A stretch of DNA of 64,000 bases from Felis catus (taxonomy: Eukaryota), in contig NC_058368.1 of assembly GCF_018350175.1 (NCBI RefSeq), forward strand, positions 147,128,001 to 147,192,000, read 5' to 3'. A model generated the notes under the pieces. The model saw only the letters and a program-made list of their open reading frames with translations. It was not told where the DNA came from and did not search any database. Both the position numbers and the translations under genes were made by a program. Of this stretch, positions 38,031 to 51,393 are shown piece by piece (the stretch's first letter is position 1; each line of letters begins with the position of its first letter).

Positions 38031-39826
38031 AGAAAACAGAACTTTTATTCAGGATATTGATTATGACAACAAATCACAAATCTATTTTCATTTATTAAAG
38101 ATTTAGTCATGAGGACTGGTGAGAATACAACTGAACCAACAGATAGTGAGTGCCCCAGGCTCATGCAGCTTACCTACTAAAAAATGATCTCCTATAAAGT
38201 CTTTAGTTATAAGCTGTGACAAGTGCTAGGTAAGAAAAGAACAAAATGTTGTAAGAACATATAGAAGAACCACATTTAGTCTGAGGTGAGGGGTGGAGTT
38301 AAAGAAAGCTTCCTGGAGAAGGGAGCATCTAGAATAGCAGTTGGCACATGGAAAATACTCAATGAATATACTAGGTGAATGAATGTATTAATTTACACGG
38401 AGTTGGGGGTCACTTTAGAAGATGTTTTTCTCTAAGTCTGTGAAAGCTGCACAGAGTACCCTTCAAAAAAGTCCCATGTGGCTGGAACTCACACGGTAAA
38501 TTCTCCGCTCTTCCCAAGCACATAGTTACAGGTTCAGTTGTTCACTGAATTAAAACAACAGCTCTTCCCTTCTCAAATGTCCATCCAATGAAGTAGAAAT
38601 TTCCACATAATTTTAAAATGTTTTATCTACTTAAGTAACCTCTACATGAGCACACAAAACTTATTGATTGCCCAAATAGCTCTCTGAAAAGAGTAGCTGC
38701 CCAATAAATACTAGTTTATCTACAGCAGATCTGAAAGTAAGGAAAATATTCTGAAAAAAAATTAATGTGCTTTTCTTTCAACATTTATATACATCTGTCC
38801 AAATCTGTGTTAATGCTCTTAAGAAAAGGAAAGCTAAGATCCACTGGTAATATTAAAATATTAATTTTTTTTTTTTTGCAAGACAATCACATTTCAATTT
38901 AAGAGCTTCTTGAAAGCTGCTGTTATGTAAAAATACTGGTTTAGGTTGGGCTCCTGCTAGGAAAACTAAGATAGAAAAATTGACATCTATATCTGAAATT
39001 CAGCATTGTATCTCTTAACAGCACTAATGATAGTAATAAACTAAGAGAACTGGGTTTAACATAGTTTTTTAAATCTGAGAAATGAAAATATAGACTATGT
39101 ATTATGAACTCAGGACAAATACTTCAAAACTACTGAAGCATTGAATATATAATAGATACAAGAAATTTGAGAGCCCATTTGCGGAAAAAATGAGATCTTT
39201 ATCGTTTCTTTAAGAAGCAAAAATCACAACAAAATAAAACAATCTATACTAAGTACACCAACGTTAGACTGAAATAGCTACTATTTTAATTAACTATATC
39301 AATTCTGGGGAAAACAGCAGCAGCCACAGCAATAACAACATTAAAAAGAAATACATGGAGAAAATGGAACTGACTTATGGTATGAAAATGAATGCCCTGA
39401 AAAGGTGTTAATATAGAATGGCTACACTTACTCAGAAGCTCAAAGTTGAGTTCTTTTTTTCCCAAGGGTGCTGCACAATGGTGCTCCTGGGTGAGCTACT
39501 GTCTTATAAACTCTTTTGATGGAGATGGAATTAGAAGAAACAGAAATTTCACCATTTGTGGGAAGTACTTCATTTTAGAGTCCCCATCTGTCCCCTCAAA
39601 TAGCTATTTCAACTCTAAGTGGATACTACCTTACCTCTGATTCCACTAGGTGTGGTCACGTGACTCACAAATGATCAATAGCAATAAGAAATGTCACATG
39701 TCAGTGATGCCCACTAAATGTACTTCCAATGTCTGTAGAGAGCAGCAAACTAACACGCTTTCAACTTCATGCTGGACACAATTAGTATTTTCTCCAAGTA
39801 AATCAAACATTAAAACCCAAAATATA

Positions 39827-39950
39827 GGTGGCACCTGGGTGGCTCAGTTGGTTGAGCATCTGATTCTTGATTTCAGCTCAGGTCACGATCCCAGGGTCAT
39901 GGAATTGAGCCCCACATGGGTCTCCCTGCTGAATGTGGAGCTTGCTTGGG

Positions 39951-40013
<63 letters not shown>

Positions 40014-40078
40014 CTCTCCCCCCTGCTTTTGCTCTCTCTCTCTTTCCTCTCACTCTCAAAAAAAAAAACAACAAACAG
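39827..40078 (+). mobile_element. Can-SINE with long (CT)n tract
   Basis: TSD acccaaaatata at 39815-39826 and 40079-40090. Confidence 0.94.
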
Positions 40079-40099
40079 ACCCAAAATATATTCAGCATT

Positions 40100-40740
40100 T
40101 TCCAACAATACCAAGTCCTTTTCCTGACCTCTATATTTCTATAAATGGTACCAAAATCTCACTCAAGCTAAAAACTTTGGAATTTAATATTTCTTTTTTT
40201 GTTCTTCCTCCTCTCCCCTAACACACAATTCAATCAATTGTCAGTGCTGCGCCCTCAAGCCCTCTTACAATTTAATCTCTTATTTTTATTTCAACATCTG
40301 CCAGTATAATTCAGGTTCTCCTTGGGCAGTTAGCTATAAAAGCCTCCTAAGTCGTGTGCCTGCTTCTAGGCTTGCCTCTGCATTCAGCACAATGTTCACT
40401 CGATGAAACTTTACTGTCTCCTAACTACTCGGCGTTGTGTTGGGTACTCATAACACATTCCACTGACAGCTCATCTTACTGAACTCTAGTTCTGACAGTG
40501 TCAATACCCTGCTGAAAACCTTTCAATAACCATCAAGTGCCACCTCGTTTGACACTAATGTATTTTCACATTCTGGTGTCTCCTTACTTTTGCAGACTTT
40601 TACCCTCCTATTCCCCCTATGTAGCCCCATCTCTTCAGTAAAGACTGGTCCCTGATGGACCTTGTGTTCCCTCCAGTTCCCTTGTGATTTTATTCATTCT
40701 GTTCTCTCTGTCTGGAATAACTTCCTTAACATCATCCTCA
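40100..40740 (+). mobile_element. L2 relic
   Basis: Pyrimidine-rich L2-like motifs: ataaatggtacca, agcctcctaa, ccctgctgaaaacctttcaat, tctgtctggaataac. Confidence 0.55.
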
Positions 40741-41299
40741 AAAACGGTGAATATGCTAAATTCACTTTTAATAATTAAAATGTAAATGGCTTTTTGATGT
40801 TTTCATTATATTCTGGTTGCATGGAAAGTAAATATTTCTTCCTTAAAGACTCCTAAGACCCAGCTGAGGATTTAATAATAAATCATTTAAAGCCTCATCT
40901 TACAGGATGTGGATATTTTTATAATTCTTTTACTATTTAATTATGACTTAATTATTGAAGGCTTCATGTTACAGACAAAAATCCCTTGAAAACAATTAAG
41001 CATTACTATATCTAGTTCATGGAAGAATGGGGATTCTACTCATGGCATACACTGATATAGGCAAGTTAATAATAAAACATCACCAAAGCAGTTTAGGTGG
41101 TTCGGTCTTGGATTTGTGATGTCTTGATGCCATTCAGTATTTTAAAATGTTTCACATCGATGTCTCGTTTTGAAGAACAATATACTGTTCCCTGATATTT
41201 GAATTTATTTCAGTTGTTTCTAAGAGTGAAAGGGCACATATAAGAGAGGGTATGTCTCTCACACTAGATTGTGATTACTCCTTTTTTCTCAGGATCGAC

Positions 41300-41448
41300 A
41301 ATACCAGAATCCACCTGGGGTGTCTGCTCACTATGTAGTGCCCTAGGTCCCAACTCTGATCTACTGATTTAGAAAGTCTAAGGATGAGGACCATGTTAAA
41401 CAGCTCTCCAGGTAATTTTTATGTAGTTGGATTTTGACAACTACTGCC
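41300..41448. mobile_element. MER5-like hAT MITE relic
   Basis: cagaatccacctgggg...ctccaggtaatttttatg...tttgacaactactg. Confidence 0.55.
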
Positions 41449-41614
41449 CTAGGCTAGAGGTGTTTGCTTGCTTCTGGGCAAAAATAAATTTTATAGGATA
41501 CAACAATTATTTTATAAGGCCTTAAGAAAATGGTAGACTCCCCCATGCCCACTAGCAGTGCCCATCCTTCAAACAAAAGGAAAAGAGAACTTCCAAGAGT
41601 TGTCAAAGAAAGGA

Positions 41615-41830
41615 TAGTACAGAGGATATGAACGGTTTAGCGCTGGCCTCACACAAGCTGCCCGTGTTTACATCCCAACCATGCTACTTACTATTTCAGT
41701 AAATTTGGACAACTTCCCTTTCTGTGCCTAGATTTCCCCATCTGAATAATGGGGATAAGACAATATCAATTACCTGGAAATACATAGTCTATATATGTAA
41801 AGCAACTGTAATAGCACACAGTGCTAATTG
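41615..41830 (+). mobile_element. MIR relic
   Basis: tttggacaacttccctttctgtgcctagatttccccatctgaataatggggataa, the MIR core. Confidence 0.75.
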
Positions 41831-43742
41831 TGAGATTAACTTGAAGCTAATACAAGATACTATGGCTAATGAGACTCACTTGTAACCTAAGTATAGGTGA
41901 ATACAGTGACTTTTTTCTGCACTTAGGTCTAACCACATTCAGTTAGTTTTAAACAACAACGTCCCCCAAACCGAAATGGTTCCAAATTAATTACTGTCTC
42001 AAGAAAATAAAGCTTTCAGAATCAGGTTAGGTGGCTCGGTACTTGGTCACATTTTCAAAACAAGGGGGTTTTCAGTGAGGCGTTGGGGCAGAACAAATTT
42101 GTTCAGTGTCTACAGTGAAAATAAGGGATTCCTTCAGCCCAATCCAAACAGTAATTCCACCGGTTCCCAGAAGATAAACATGAAGAGACAATCACACCTT
42201 TAGCTCAAACTCTTACTTTTCCCCCTGCTTCTTTGCATTTCTCACCTCTCAGGACTCAGGACAGGCTTCCTGCAGACCCTCTCTGCCCTTGCCCTCTGAG
42301 GAACAATTGTTACATTGAGGCCATGGCTGATTCTAATTCATAAACGGCATTTCCCATAGGCAGGTTTAACACCTTTGGTTAAGATGCATTCGCAATCACA
42401 GGAATAGTGAGGAGCATGTCAAGCAATATAAGAGAAAAGCTACAGTAAGAAACTCTGAGAGTTGAGTGGAAGTCAGAGTATTTCCCTTCTTCTCTCCTAT
42501 GTGTCAGAAATGGGAAGAGACAGCCCAGAGGCAGGCTAGATGGTCATGTGGGGAGGTATGAAGAGGGAACCAGAGTAAGTTTGCCATCAACGTGATCAAG
42601 TTAAATTGTAAAACCAGAGATTCTAAACTTTGAGTATTCTTTTTTTTTTCATGACAATAACAAGTCGTTATTTTCAATTAATTCAGATTATCTCTTTCAC
42701 TTTCAACAGTATCAAAAACTATAAAATCACTGTGGTAATAGTCACAAGATAATGGGAACTGAGGGAACTACAAGGCACTTAAAATCTTAACCTTTGTAAG
42801 TACAAAAGTTAAGCTGGACATGTTTTCCGCATGGCTAAAAATGTGCAGCACATTCAATGAAACAGTCTTTTATGTAGGGGTGGTTCACTGAATTATCTAC
42901 TCAGAGTCCAACAGATGCTAAAAAAATGCATTAATACAATTTCCTATAACTCTATACATTCTATATTTTATGAATAATAGTAAGAAGGCATAAGTTTGTA
43001 TGTTTTTGACATTTCTTGTGGGTAAATAAAAATTACAAATTACATAAGCTAGAGTGATACTAGTATTTTAAAACCACTTTTTTTTTAACTAGGGCAAATT
43101 CATCTTAGAAAGAGAAGATATGGTTACCTTAACAGCAGTTACTCTCTAAAGTTTCAAATTTTTGTGTGAACACAATCACAAATTTATAAAAAATGTGCAA
43201 GAAGCTAAAACAAACAGTTAATATTTTGCATTTTTCAGGAAAAACTTAAATAGGGTAGGAGAAGATGAAAATTTTGGTGTTTGGCATTAAAGTCTTAGTT
43301 AGCAGCCTTAATTGTTTCCGGAGAACACCTTACAAATATTACCCATGTCTGTCTGATGTTGCTTATAAAGGGGGTTTGCAGTGATTACAGAGGAAGGTAT
43401 GGGTCATCGGGCTTTACAGAAATTCTGGTTCCTGTGTCGCCCAGATGGGTGAGGCATTACCTACACTGTGGCACCAAAGGAAGTGTGCTAAGATGTCATG
43501 GTTCAAGTGACCATTTATAACATCTGAACGTAGAAGGTGAACTGACTTGTCTGGACACTCCTAGTACCACTCAGAGCAGTATAATTACCATGTGAAAATA
43601 AACATTCTCTTCCGTCTATTTTGCTCAACATTCTTTATTCTTCTATCAATCAATTATCTGCATCTAACAGTTTTTTTTTTTAATTGCTATTCAAGGTGCT
43701 ATGGAAATAGACCTAATCAGGTATAATTCCTACTCTTTTAAG

Positions 43743-43932
43743 AAATTTTTTTGTATTTTACTTATTTTCAGACAGAGAGAGACAGAGCATGAGCAGTCGA
43801 GGGGGCAGAGAGAAGATGTCACAGAAACTGAAGCTGTCAGCACAGAGCCTGATGTGGGGCTCGAACCCTTGAACCGTGAGACTGTGACATGAGTTCAAGT
43901 TGGACGCTGAACCAACTGAGCCACCCAGGTAG
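43743..43932 (-). mobile_element. Can-SINE, internally shortened
   Basis: cagagcctgatgtggggctcgaac...ctgagccacccaggt; flanked by aggt(a/g)taattc(c/t)tact. Confidence 0.9.
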
Positions 43933-44796
43933 CAGGTGTAATTCTTACTTTTAAGTGACTTACAGTATAGGAGGAGAGAGAAAGGTAAACAGTGACCATA
44001 AAGAATATTAGCTGCTAGTGACAGAAACATATAGTGGGCAGAGTGGAAAAAAAGAACAGTGTGATCACTTCTATCTTTGGAGATAAAAAGTAGAAATTCC
44101 AGGAATTACTTTATACAGAATGGAATTAAGGATATGAATCCAAAGAAGACTGGTAGCTGGTCAACAGATGAAACAGGAAATGTATGGGCCTAAGTACGGC
44201 AGCAGAAAACAGCCAGATACACATGAGGAACAGCAAGAAATCCGGGTCAGTGAGGCCCTGGGTGCTGCAAAGTCAGAGAGGAAGCAGCTTAGAGAAGAGA
44301 TTCCAGATGTAGCTCCTTTTAAATTAGAGAACATTTGCTATATGGTTAACCATATATTCCATAACTCATAGAATCTTGACATAAGATCCAACACACATCC
44401 TTTAAAGTTCATCAGCAAGAAGTGTGCATTAGTACTAGTATAAATGTCATAAATGACCAAACAGAGTAAACTTTATTTTTCAGTATGGATGTATCAAGTC
44501 ATTTTTACTTAATGCTAAGTATCTGTTTGTTTTTAAAATAAAAAAAAAAAGTAACTTAAAACACACACAGCTGTGGATGAAGCTTAGCTCTAATAAACAA
44601 AGGAAAAAAAGTAAATTTTCATTTAGGATGACTGTTTATAGAAAGAGATCACTAGAAGGAGTATATTAATGTTTAGATGTAATTAGCCTTAGAGAGGTGT
44701 TTAGTATGAAAGCAGTGTATCTAAGAAGGTAGGTTTTTTAAGGAGAAAAAACAGGCTAAAACATGTTTTACTTGAATTAAGAACTAGTGAAGATGG

Positions 44797-45018
44797 GGGG
44801 CGCCTGGGTGGCGCAGTCGGTTAAGTGTCCGACTTCAGCCAGGTCACGATCTCGCGCTCCGTGAGTTCGAGCCCCGCGTCAGGCTCTGGGCTGACGGCTC
44901 GGAGCCTGCAGCCTGTTTCCGATGCTGTGTCTCCCTCTCTCTCTGCCCCTCCCCCGTTCATGCTCTGTCTCTCTCTGTCCCAAAAATAAATAAACGTTGA
45001 AAAAAAATTTTATAAGAG
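44797..45018 (+). mobile_element. Young SINEC_Fc-type Can-SINE
   Basis: Perfect 16-bp TSD gaactagtgaagatgg at 44781-44796 and 45019-45034; CpG-rich. Confidence 0.96.
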
Positions 45019-48000
45019 GAACTAGTGAAGATGGATTAGAGTCAATGCAATTCAGGTTCTGTAACTAGAAAACAACCTGAAAATAAAAGGAAAATCTACT
45101 TCTTAAAATCTATGTTTTTAAAAATGATTTTTATGCCTCAAGGAGCTCCAGCTGTCTATAAGTACCAAAAGAGTTTTCACACACATTATATACAGGCTTT
45201 TGAAATGAAATAGATGATTACTCTGCTTTTTTTTGCAGCATTTTAAATCCCACTGTTCACAAAGTTAAAAAAAGACACGGAATGTCTACTCCAGAAATGT
45301 AAATCTGTAACACAACTTGTGCTCACATAAATCTGACTGGGGTCCATGTATTTCGCATTAACTATTATTTGGTTTGAAATGCAAAACTCAGGTGGGCTTG
45401 CTTTGGGATATTTTAAATTTTCTAACAACAAAGAATCTATAGCCATTTAGGGACGGTAATTGCTGAAAATTCTTTATGACTAATAAAGACATAAAATCCT
45501 TATGACTAATGGATAATGCTTTTTATGAGTTGCTGCTAAAGCTGGGTGCACTTCTGGCTAGGATATCTAACGTGGTTCTGCCTCCATCCAGCTAGGAGAC
45601 CTTTTGTGGGTCACATATTTCCTGCTATCCCTCCTCATTTTCCTTCACTATTCTTTCCTTTCCTACCCATGCAGTTATCACTACTTGCAGCTCCAAAAAT
45701 CAAAGTGCCCAGATCACCAAACAAAAGTGTTATTTTAATTTTATTTATTTATTAATGTATCTGGGGCAGGACAAATCCAGGCTTTATGAGCTCATGAGAC
45801 ATGTTTTTTCAGTGTGGTCTGAGAAGGACCTGCTGCAGTTGTGAGAGGCAATCAGAAGCTTCTATTTTTACCCAGTGACTCAAACAATTCCTGTGCATAT
45901 TGAAGTTTGAGAAGTAACTATCTCTCACCCCCACCACACACACAAACTTTGTGGCACATAGAGAGGAAACATATTAAGGTTATATTCACATTTTCTAAGG
46001 GAAAATTAGAATTTTCCCTTACTTAAAATTACTTAAAAGGGAAAGATCCAAACCTATTTTTCTCAGTGGTAAAATACTTGTACTGACACAACTACTGATA
46101 GGTTAACTCTCAAAGGAAAATCATGGCTTTGCTTTGGTATACCCATCACACAGAGCAGTATGTAATAATATAGCTATGTAATACCTAGTGTAATGGCAAT
46201 TCCTCTTCTCATATTCTGTGAATGCTATGCTAAATTAGTTTTTCCATTTAACAGAAGTTTTATTAGAATAGGCTGAATATAATCAAATATTACTGTTCAA
46301 ATGAAATGGTTAGCAGACGATGTAAGACCAGGGTATATATAATATCTTGTTATGTCTACGCTGCTCACTTTTCTATATCCTAGATTCAGAACATCTTGAA
46401 GGCCACTGCTGTCTTCCTTCTAGTGCCTAATAGAACAGAGACTACAGAGTAGACATTCATTTAGTAAATGTTGCTGCTTGGATGAATAAATGACTAGATG
46501 AAAATATAATGTACATGCAATCTAGAAAGAATGTATATACATGAAACAAAATCGCCTCAGAAATTAAAAAAAAATATTTTACCACATGTATCTATAAAAT
46601 AAAAATAATGAATATAAAATAATTACCTTTAAAAATAAATAAAATGGTCATTTTCAGAGGCCTTCATCAGTTAACAAAGTGCCCAGAAGAATTAAATAAA
46701 CTTATACATTTTTATATGATAACCTATATGATAAGACGTATTTCCATAATTGTGCAAAGTTGCTATTTCAAATACATTAGTCAGAAAGAAAAACTCACAT
46801 TCCAAGATGCTAAAGAAGTAGTCAGTATTTAATGTGGTGGTTATTTATTAGTTGGAAAAATATATAGGTAAGGAATATAAGATCAGAAAAACAAAAATGG
46901 GGAGAAAAAAGTTTTGTTTAACTGTATTTACTGCACTAACCCTTTAAATCCAAAAGCAATTATAAACATTGTGGAGCTCTCAATAATTGCCCACTGAGTG
47001 TGTAAATTTAAAATGGCAATTTCAGTTTTTATTTCACCAAGACACGGAAGAAAATGGAATTGAATACTAATTAGTGTATGTGTGTCATACACCTGAAAGA
47101 TTAGGGGGATATGGTGCTCATTATAAGTGAGTTTAAGCAAAGTACTCAAATGTTTCATTTGAAGTACTGAGTATAAACAAAAGAATGAAGTGACAAGGGA
47201 AGTTAATAATGTTCAAACAGAAAATCTGGTACACGTACACGAGTAGACTTCCCAGAGTCTCTTAGATATGATTTGCTTTTAAGAAAGGGATACACTTTTT
47301 CTTTTAAAAAATAACTTAGGAAATAAGATGTTATTAAAGAATACAATAACATAATAACTCTGAATGTAATCTCGAAACATTTCTCAAATGACAGTTGTGA
47401 GTTTTCAGTTTTCCTCCATTATACACAAGACTGTTTCATCTAATATAAAAGCCTTTTTGGGCTTTTTTGGCTTCCTTACTATAAGACTTTTTGGCTAATT
47501 TCCTCGTCCCTCAAACACAGCTGTATTGAGGTCAGATCAGTTGGAAAACCTGGGAAATTGTTCTGAGGACGGGGAGAAGGGTCTCCAAGGTTGGAGGGAG
47601 ACAGCGTGGCAGTTGTGAGGTGCGTGGAAGTGAATTGGGGGAGAGAAAAAGGCAGTGCCACAGAGCGGAGGGAACCCTTTTTGTGGACAGACAAAAGGGA
47701 GAGAAAAAGGGATTGAGGGTAGTATAGGTTTTGTACAAGAGGAAAACCTCTCTAGACCACAGACAGGGGAGTGAAAAGTATTGAGTGTCTCAGATATTTT
47801 TGCAAATAGCATTTGGAGTTCCAATTCTGAGGTTTTGGAAATGTGCAACTTTCTCCACAGTGGAACTGTAGCACACACTCCTGGGGAGAGGGAAGGTGGT
47901 CCCAGAGGGCATAGTGTGGTGTAGAGATCTCTGGGGCACATTGAGAGAGGACATTCCCCTTCCTGGAGTACTTTTGAAAGAGAGTATATTGCCTCCCCAA

Positions 48001-48624
48001 GGATAAAAACCCTGCAGGCACCAGCAAGAGGCTTTTCAGCAGCAGGGGACAGAGGCATCCAGAGGAAATATAGCCTTGTTGCTGCTTTTATCAGTGCTAC
48101 ACCATAGATTCTGCACACTGCACAGGTGTGGGATTGTTCTGGGACAAAGGACCTAAGACACAGCATGGAGAGGCTCTGTTTCAGAGGAGGGGGTGGGTCC
48201 CTGTTGTGCTGGGTCCTTTAAGACTTCAAGTTTTGAATCCAAGCCACATGCCAAAAGAAAAACCACAAAGGGAGAACTGACTGCCCTCAGTATTCTGTGA
48301 GGGCTGCATGAACAGGATGGGGTGTGAGATCTCTTGTCTGTGGATGAGAGATTGCGGTGGCACCATTTTCCCCTCAAGACCAACATGGTGGGACTCCAGA
48401 AAGCAGCACTGTGGCCGCTGTGGAGGTGGGACCCAGTTACACCAAACAATGACCCCCTGTGTGAGGCAACCGCTTATTTACTGGGGTGAGACTGACTGTG
48501 AGACTGAGCACTGGGCCTCTCCTCAAGACCAGCACAGCCAGCATCCTCCATGCACCAAGCACACTGAAAATCGAGTGCTTGAAAACGACACCCACAGTTC
48601 TCGTGGAAACAGACCAGGCTTACT

Positions 48625-48807
48625 TTTCTCTCTTCTTCTTCTTCCTTCTTTCTTCTTTCTTCCTTCTCCTTCTCCCCCCCCCCCCCCCCCCGCTCCTCCT
48701 CCTCTTCCTCCTCCTCCTTCTTTTCCTCCTCCTCCTTTTCCTCCTCCTCTTCTTCTTCTTCTTCTTCTTCTGGAATCAGGCTTATACTTTCTTCTTTGTT
48801 TCTTTAA

Positions 48808-48860
<53 letters not shown>

Positions 48861-48871
48861 ATAAGGCTTAA

Positions 48872-48932
<61 letters not shown>

Positions 48933-48945
48933 TCCTTCCCTTTTC
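48625..48945. repeat. Compound polypyrimidine microsatellite array (CTT)n/(C)n/(CCT)n/(CT)n/(CTTT)n in the L1 5' UTR
   Basis: Direct reading of the sequence. Confidence 0.92.
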
Positions 48946-49320
48946 TTTGGAATTAGCCTTACAGTTTTTGATTCTCTCTTTTGTTTTTTTCATTCCTTTT
49001 CCTTTTCTGTTTTTTTTGGGGGGGTGGGAATCAGGCTTTTATCCCCTTTTTTTCCAGGGTTATCCTAACAAACAAATCAAAGCACATCTAACAAAGCAAA
49101 CACCCCCCAATGCAAGCAAAGAGGGGTGCTGCAGAGGACTGATGATTGGGAAAGAACAATCAAAATGCAACAGCAGAGAGTATCAGAAACATTTGCTGAA
49201 ATACCAAACCTAGTGGCATTAAAGGGGACAGTGTATGACCCCTTTTTAATATAGCATTACTCTCAGGTACAGGAAACATAAAAACTTTTGAAACACACAA
49301 AAGACAGAAATTTAGCCTAA

Positions 49321-50217
49321 ATGACAATGCAGAGAAATTTTCCCCAAAAGAAAGGTCAAGAAGAAATCATAGCCAGGGACTTGCTCAAAACAGATATAAG
49401 CAATATGTCTGAACAAGAATTTAGAACAGCAGTCATAAGACTACTAGCTGGGCTTGAAAAAAAGATACAGAAGAAACCAGTGAACCCTTTCTGCAGAGAT
49501 CAAAAACCTAAGAATAAGTTAGGATGAAATAAAAAATGCTGTAATTGAGAACCAAAACAAACTGGATACAATGACAATGAGGATTGAAGAAAGAGAGGAG
49601 AGAATAGGTGAAATAGAAGATAAAATTATGGAAAATAATGAAGCTGAGTAAAAGAGGGAAAGGAAATTACTACATGAGGGGAGACTTGGTGAACTAAGTG
49701 ATTCTATGAAACAAAACAATATCTGTATCAAAGGAGGCCCAGAAGAACAAGAGTGGAAAAAAAGGGTGGCAGGTTTATTTGAACAAATTATAGCTGAGAA
49801 CTTCCTTAATCTGGGGAAATAGAAAGAAATAGACATTCAAGTTCAAGAGGCACAGAGAACTCCCCTCAAAATCAACAAAAACAGGTCAATACCACAACAT
49901 ATCATAGTGAAACTTGCAAAATACAAAGATAAAGAGAGAATTCTGAAAGCAGCTAGGGACAAAAGATCCTTAACCCAGAAGGGCAGACACATACAGTAGT
50001 AGCAGACCTGTCCACTGAAACTTGGCAGGCCAGAAGGGAGTGGCAAGAAATATTCAATGTGCTGAAGGGGAAAATATGCAGGCAAGAATTCTTTATCCAG
50101 CAAGGCTGTCATTCAGAATAGAAGGAGAGATAAAGACTTTCCCAGACAAACAAACACTAAAGAAGTGTGTGACCACTAAACCAATCCTGTAAGAAATTTT
50201 AAGGGGGATTCTCTGAG
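49321..50217 (+). pseudogene. L1 ORF1 remnant with frameshifts and stops
   Basis: MTMQRNFPQKKGQEE...MSEQEFRTAVIRLLAGLE, then gagaacttccttaatctggg and ttccagacaaaca-like ORF1 motifs; broken reading frame. Confidence 0.85.
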
Positions 50218-50552
50218 TGGAGAATAAAAAAGAAGACCAAAGCAACAAAGATGACAAAGGACCAGAGAACATCACCAGAAACACCAATGCTACAGGTAAA
50301 ACAATGTCACTAAATTCATATCTTTCAATAATCACTCTGAATGTAAATGGACTAAATGCTCCAATCAAAAGACATAGGGTATCAGAATTGATTTAAAAAA
50401 AAAGAAGACCCATCTATATGAGGCTGACAAGAGAGTCATTTTAGATCTAAAGACACCAGCAGATTGAAAATGAGGATGGAGAATCATTATTCATGCTAAC
50501 AGAAGTCAAAAAAAGCCAAAAAAAGCCACACTTATATCAGACAAACTAGATT

Positions 50553-50690
50553 AAAAATTTTTTTTAATGTTTATTTATTTTTGAGAGAGAGAGAGAGAGA
50601 TTCTGTGTCTCTTCCTCTCTGCACCTCCTCTGCTCATGCTCTACATCTCTCTCTCAATAAATAAACGTTAAAAAAATAAAAATAAATAAA
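50553..50690. mobile_element. Fused 3' halves of two oppositely oriented Can-SINEs
   Basis: Minus-strand tail ttttttaatgtttatttatttttgagagag joins directly to the plus-strand 3' half gattctgtgtctc...aataaataaacgttaaaaaa. Confidence 0.85.
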
Positions 50691-51155
50691 CAACACCACA
50701 GAAATAAAAGCAATTATAAGAGGATACTAGGGAAAAGTTATATGCCAACAAACTGGGCAATCTGGAAGAAATGGACAAATTCCTAAAAACACATAAACCA
50801 CCAAAACTGAGAAAGGAAGAAATAGAAAATATGAACAAATCCATAACTAGAAAAGAAATTGGAAGTAATCAAAGATCTCGCAAAAGTCCTAGGCCAGATG
50901 GCTTCCCAGGGGAATTCTACCAGACATTTAAAGAAGTATTAATACCTATTCTTCTCAAACTGTTCCACAAAATGGAAATGAAAGGAAAGTTTCCAAAATC
51001 ATTCTAAAGACAGCATTACCTTGATTAAAAAAACATAAAAGACCCCACTAAAAAGGAGAATTACAGGCCAATACCCATGATGAACTGAGATGCAAAAATT
51101 CTCAACAAGATACTAGCAAATCAAATTCAACAACACATTAAAAGAATCATGCATC

Positions 51156-51393
51156 GGGGCGCCTGGGTGGTGCAGTCGGTTAAGCGTCTGACTTCAGCCA
51201 GGTCACGATCTCGTGGTCTGTGAGTTCGAGCCCCGCATCAGGCTCTGGGCTGATGGCTCAGAGCCTGGAGCCTGTTTCCGATTCTGTGTCTCCCTCTCTC
51301 TCTGCCCCTCCCCCGTTCATGCTCTGTCTCTCTCTGTCCCAAAAATAAATAAACGTTGAAAAAAAAATTAAAAAAAAATATAAATAAATAAAA
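51156..51393 (+). mobile_element. Young SINEC_Fc-type Can-SINE nested in L1 ORF2
   Basis: Perfect 16-bp TSD aaaagaatcatgcatc at 51140-51155 and 51394-51409. Confidence 0.96.

Noticed and set aside
45996..46021. 12-bp inverted repeat taagggaaaatt-ag-aattttccctta
   Set aside because: A low-complexity A/T-rich stem with no TSD or other supporting structure, so no function can be supported.
47537..48871. 209-aa and 187-aa ORFs as a new gene or an L1 ORF0 analogue
   Set aside because: They lie in the GC-richer L1 5' UTR and polypyrimidine repeats where stops are scarce, and show no recognisable domain.
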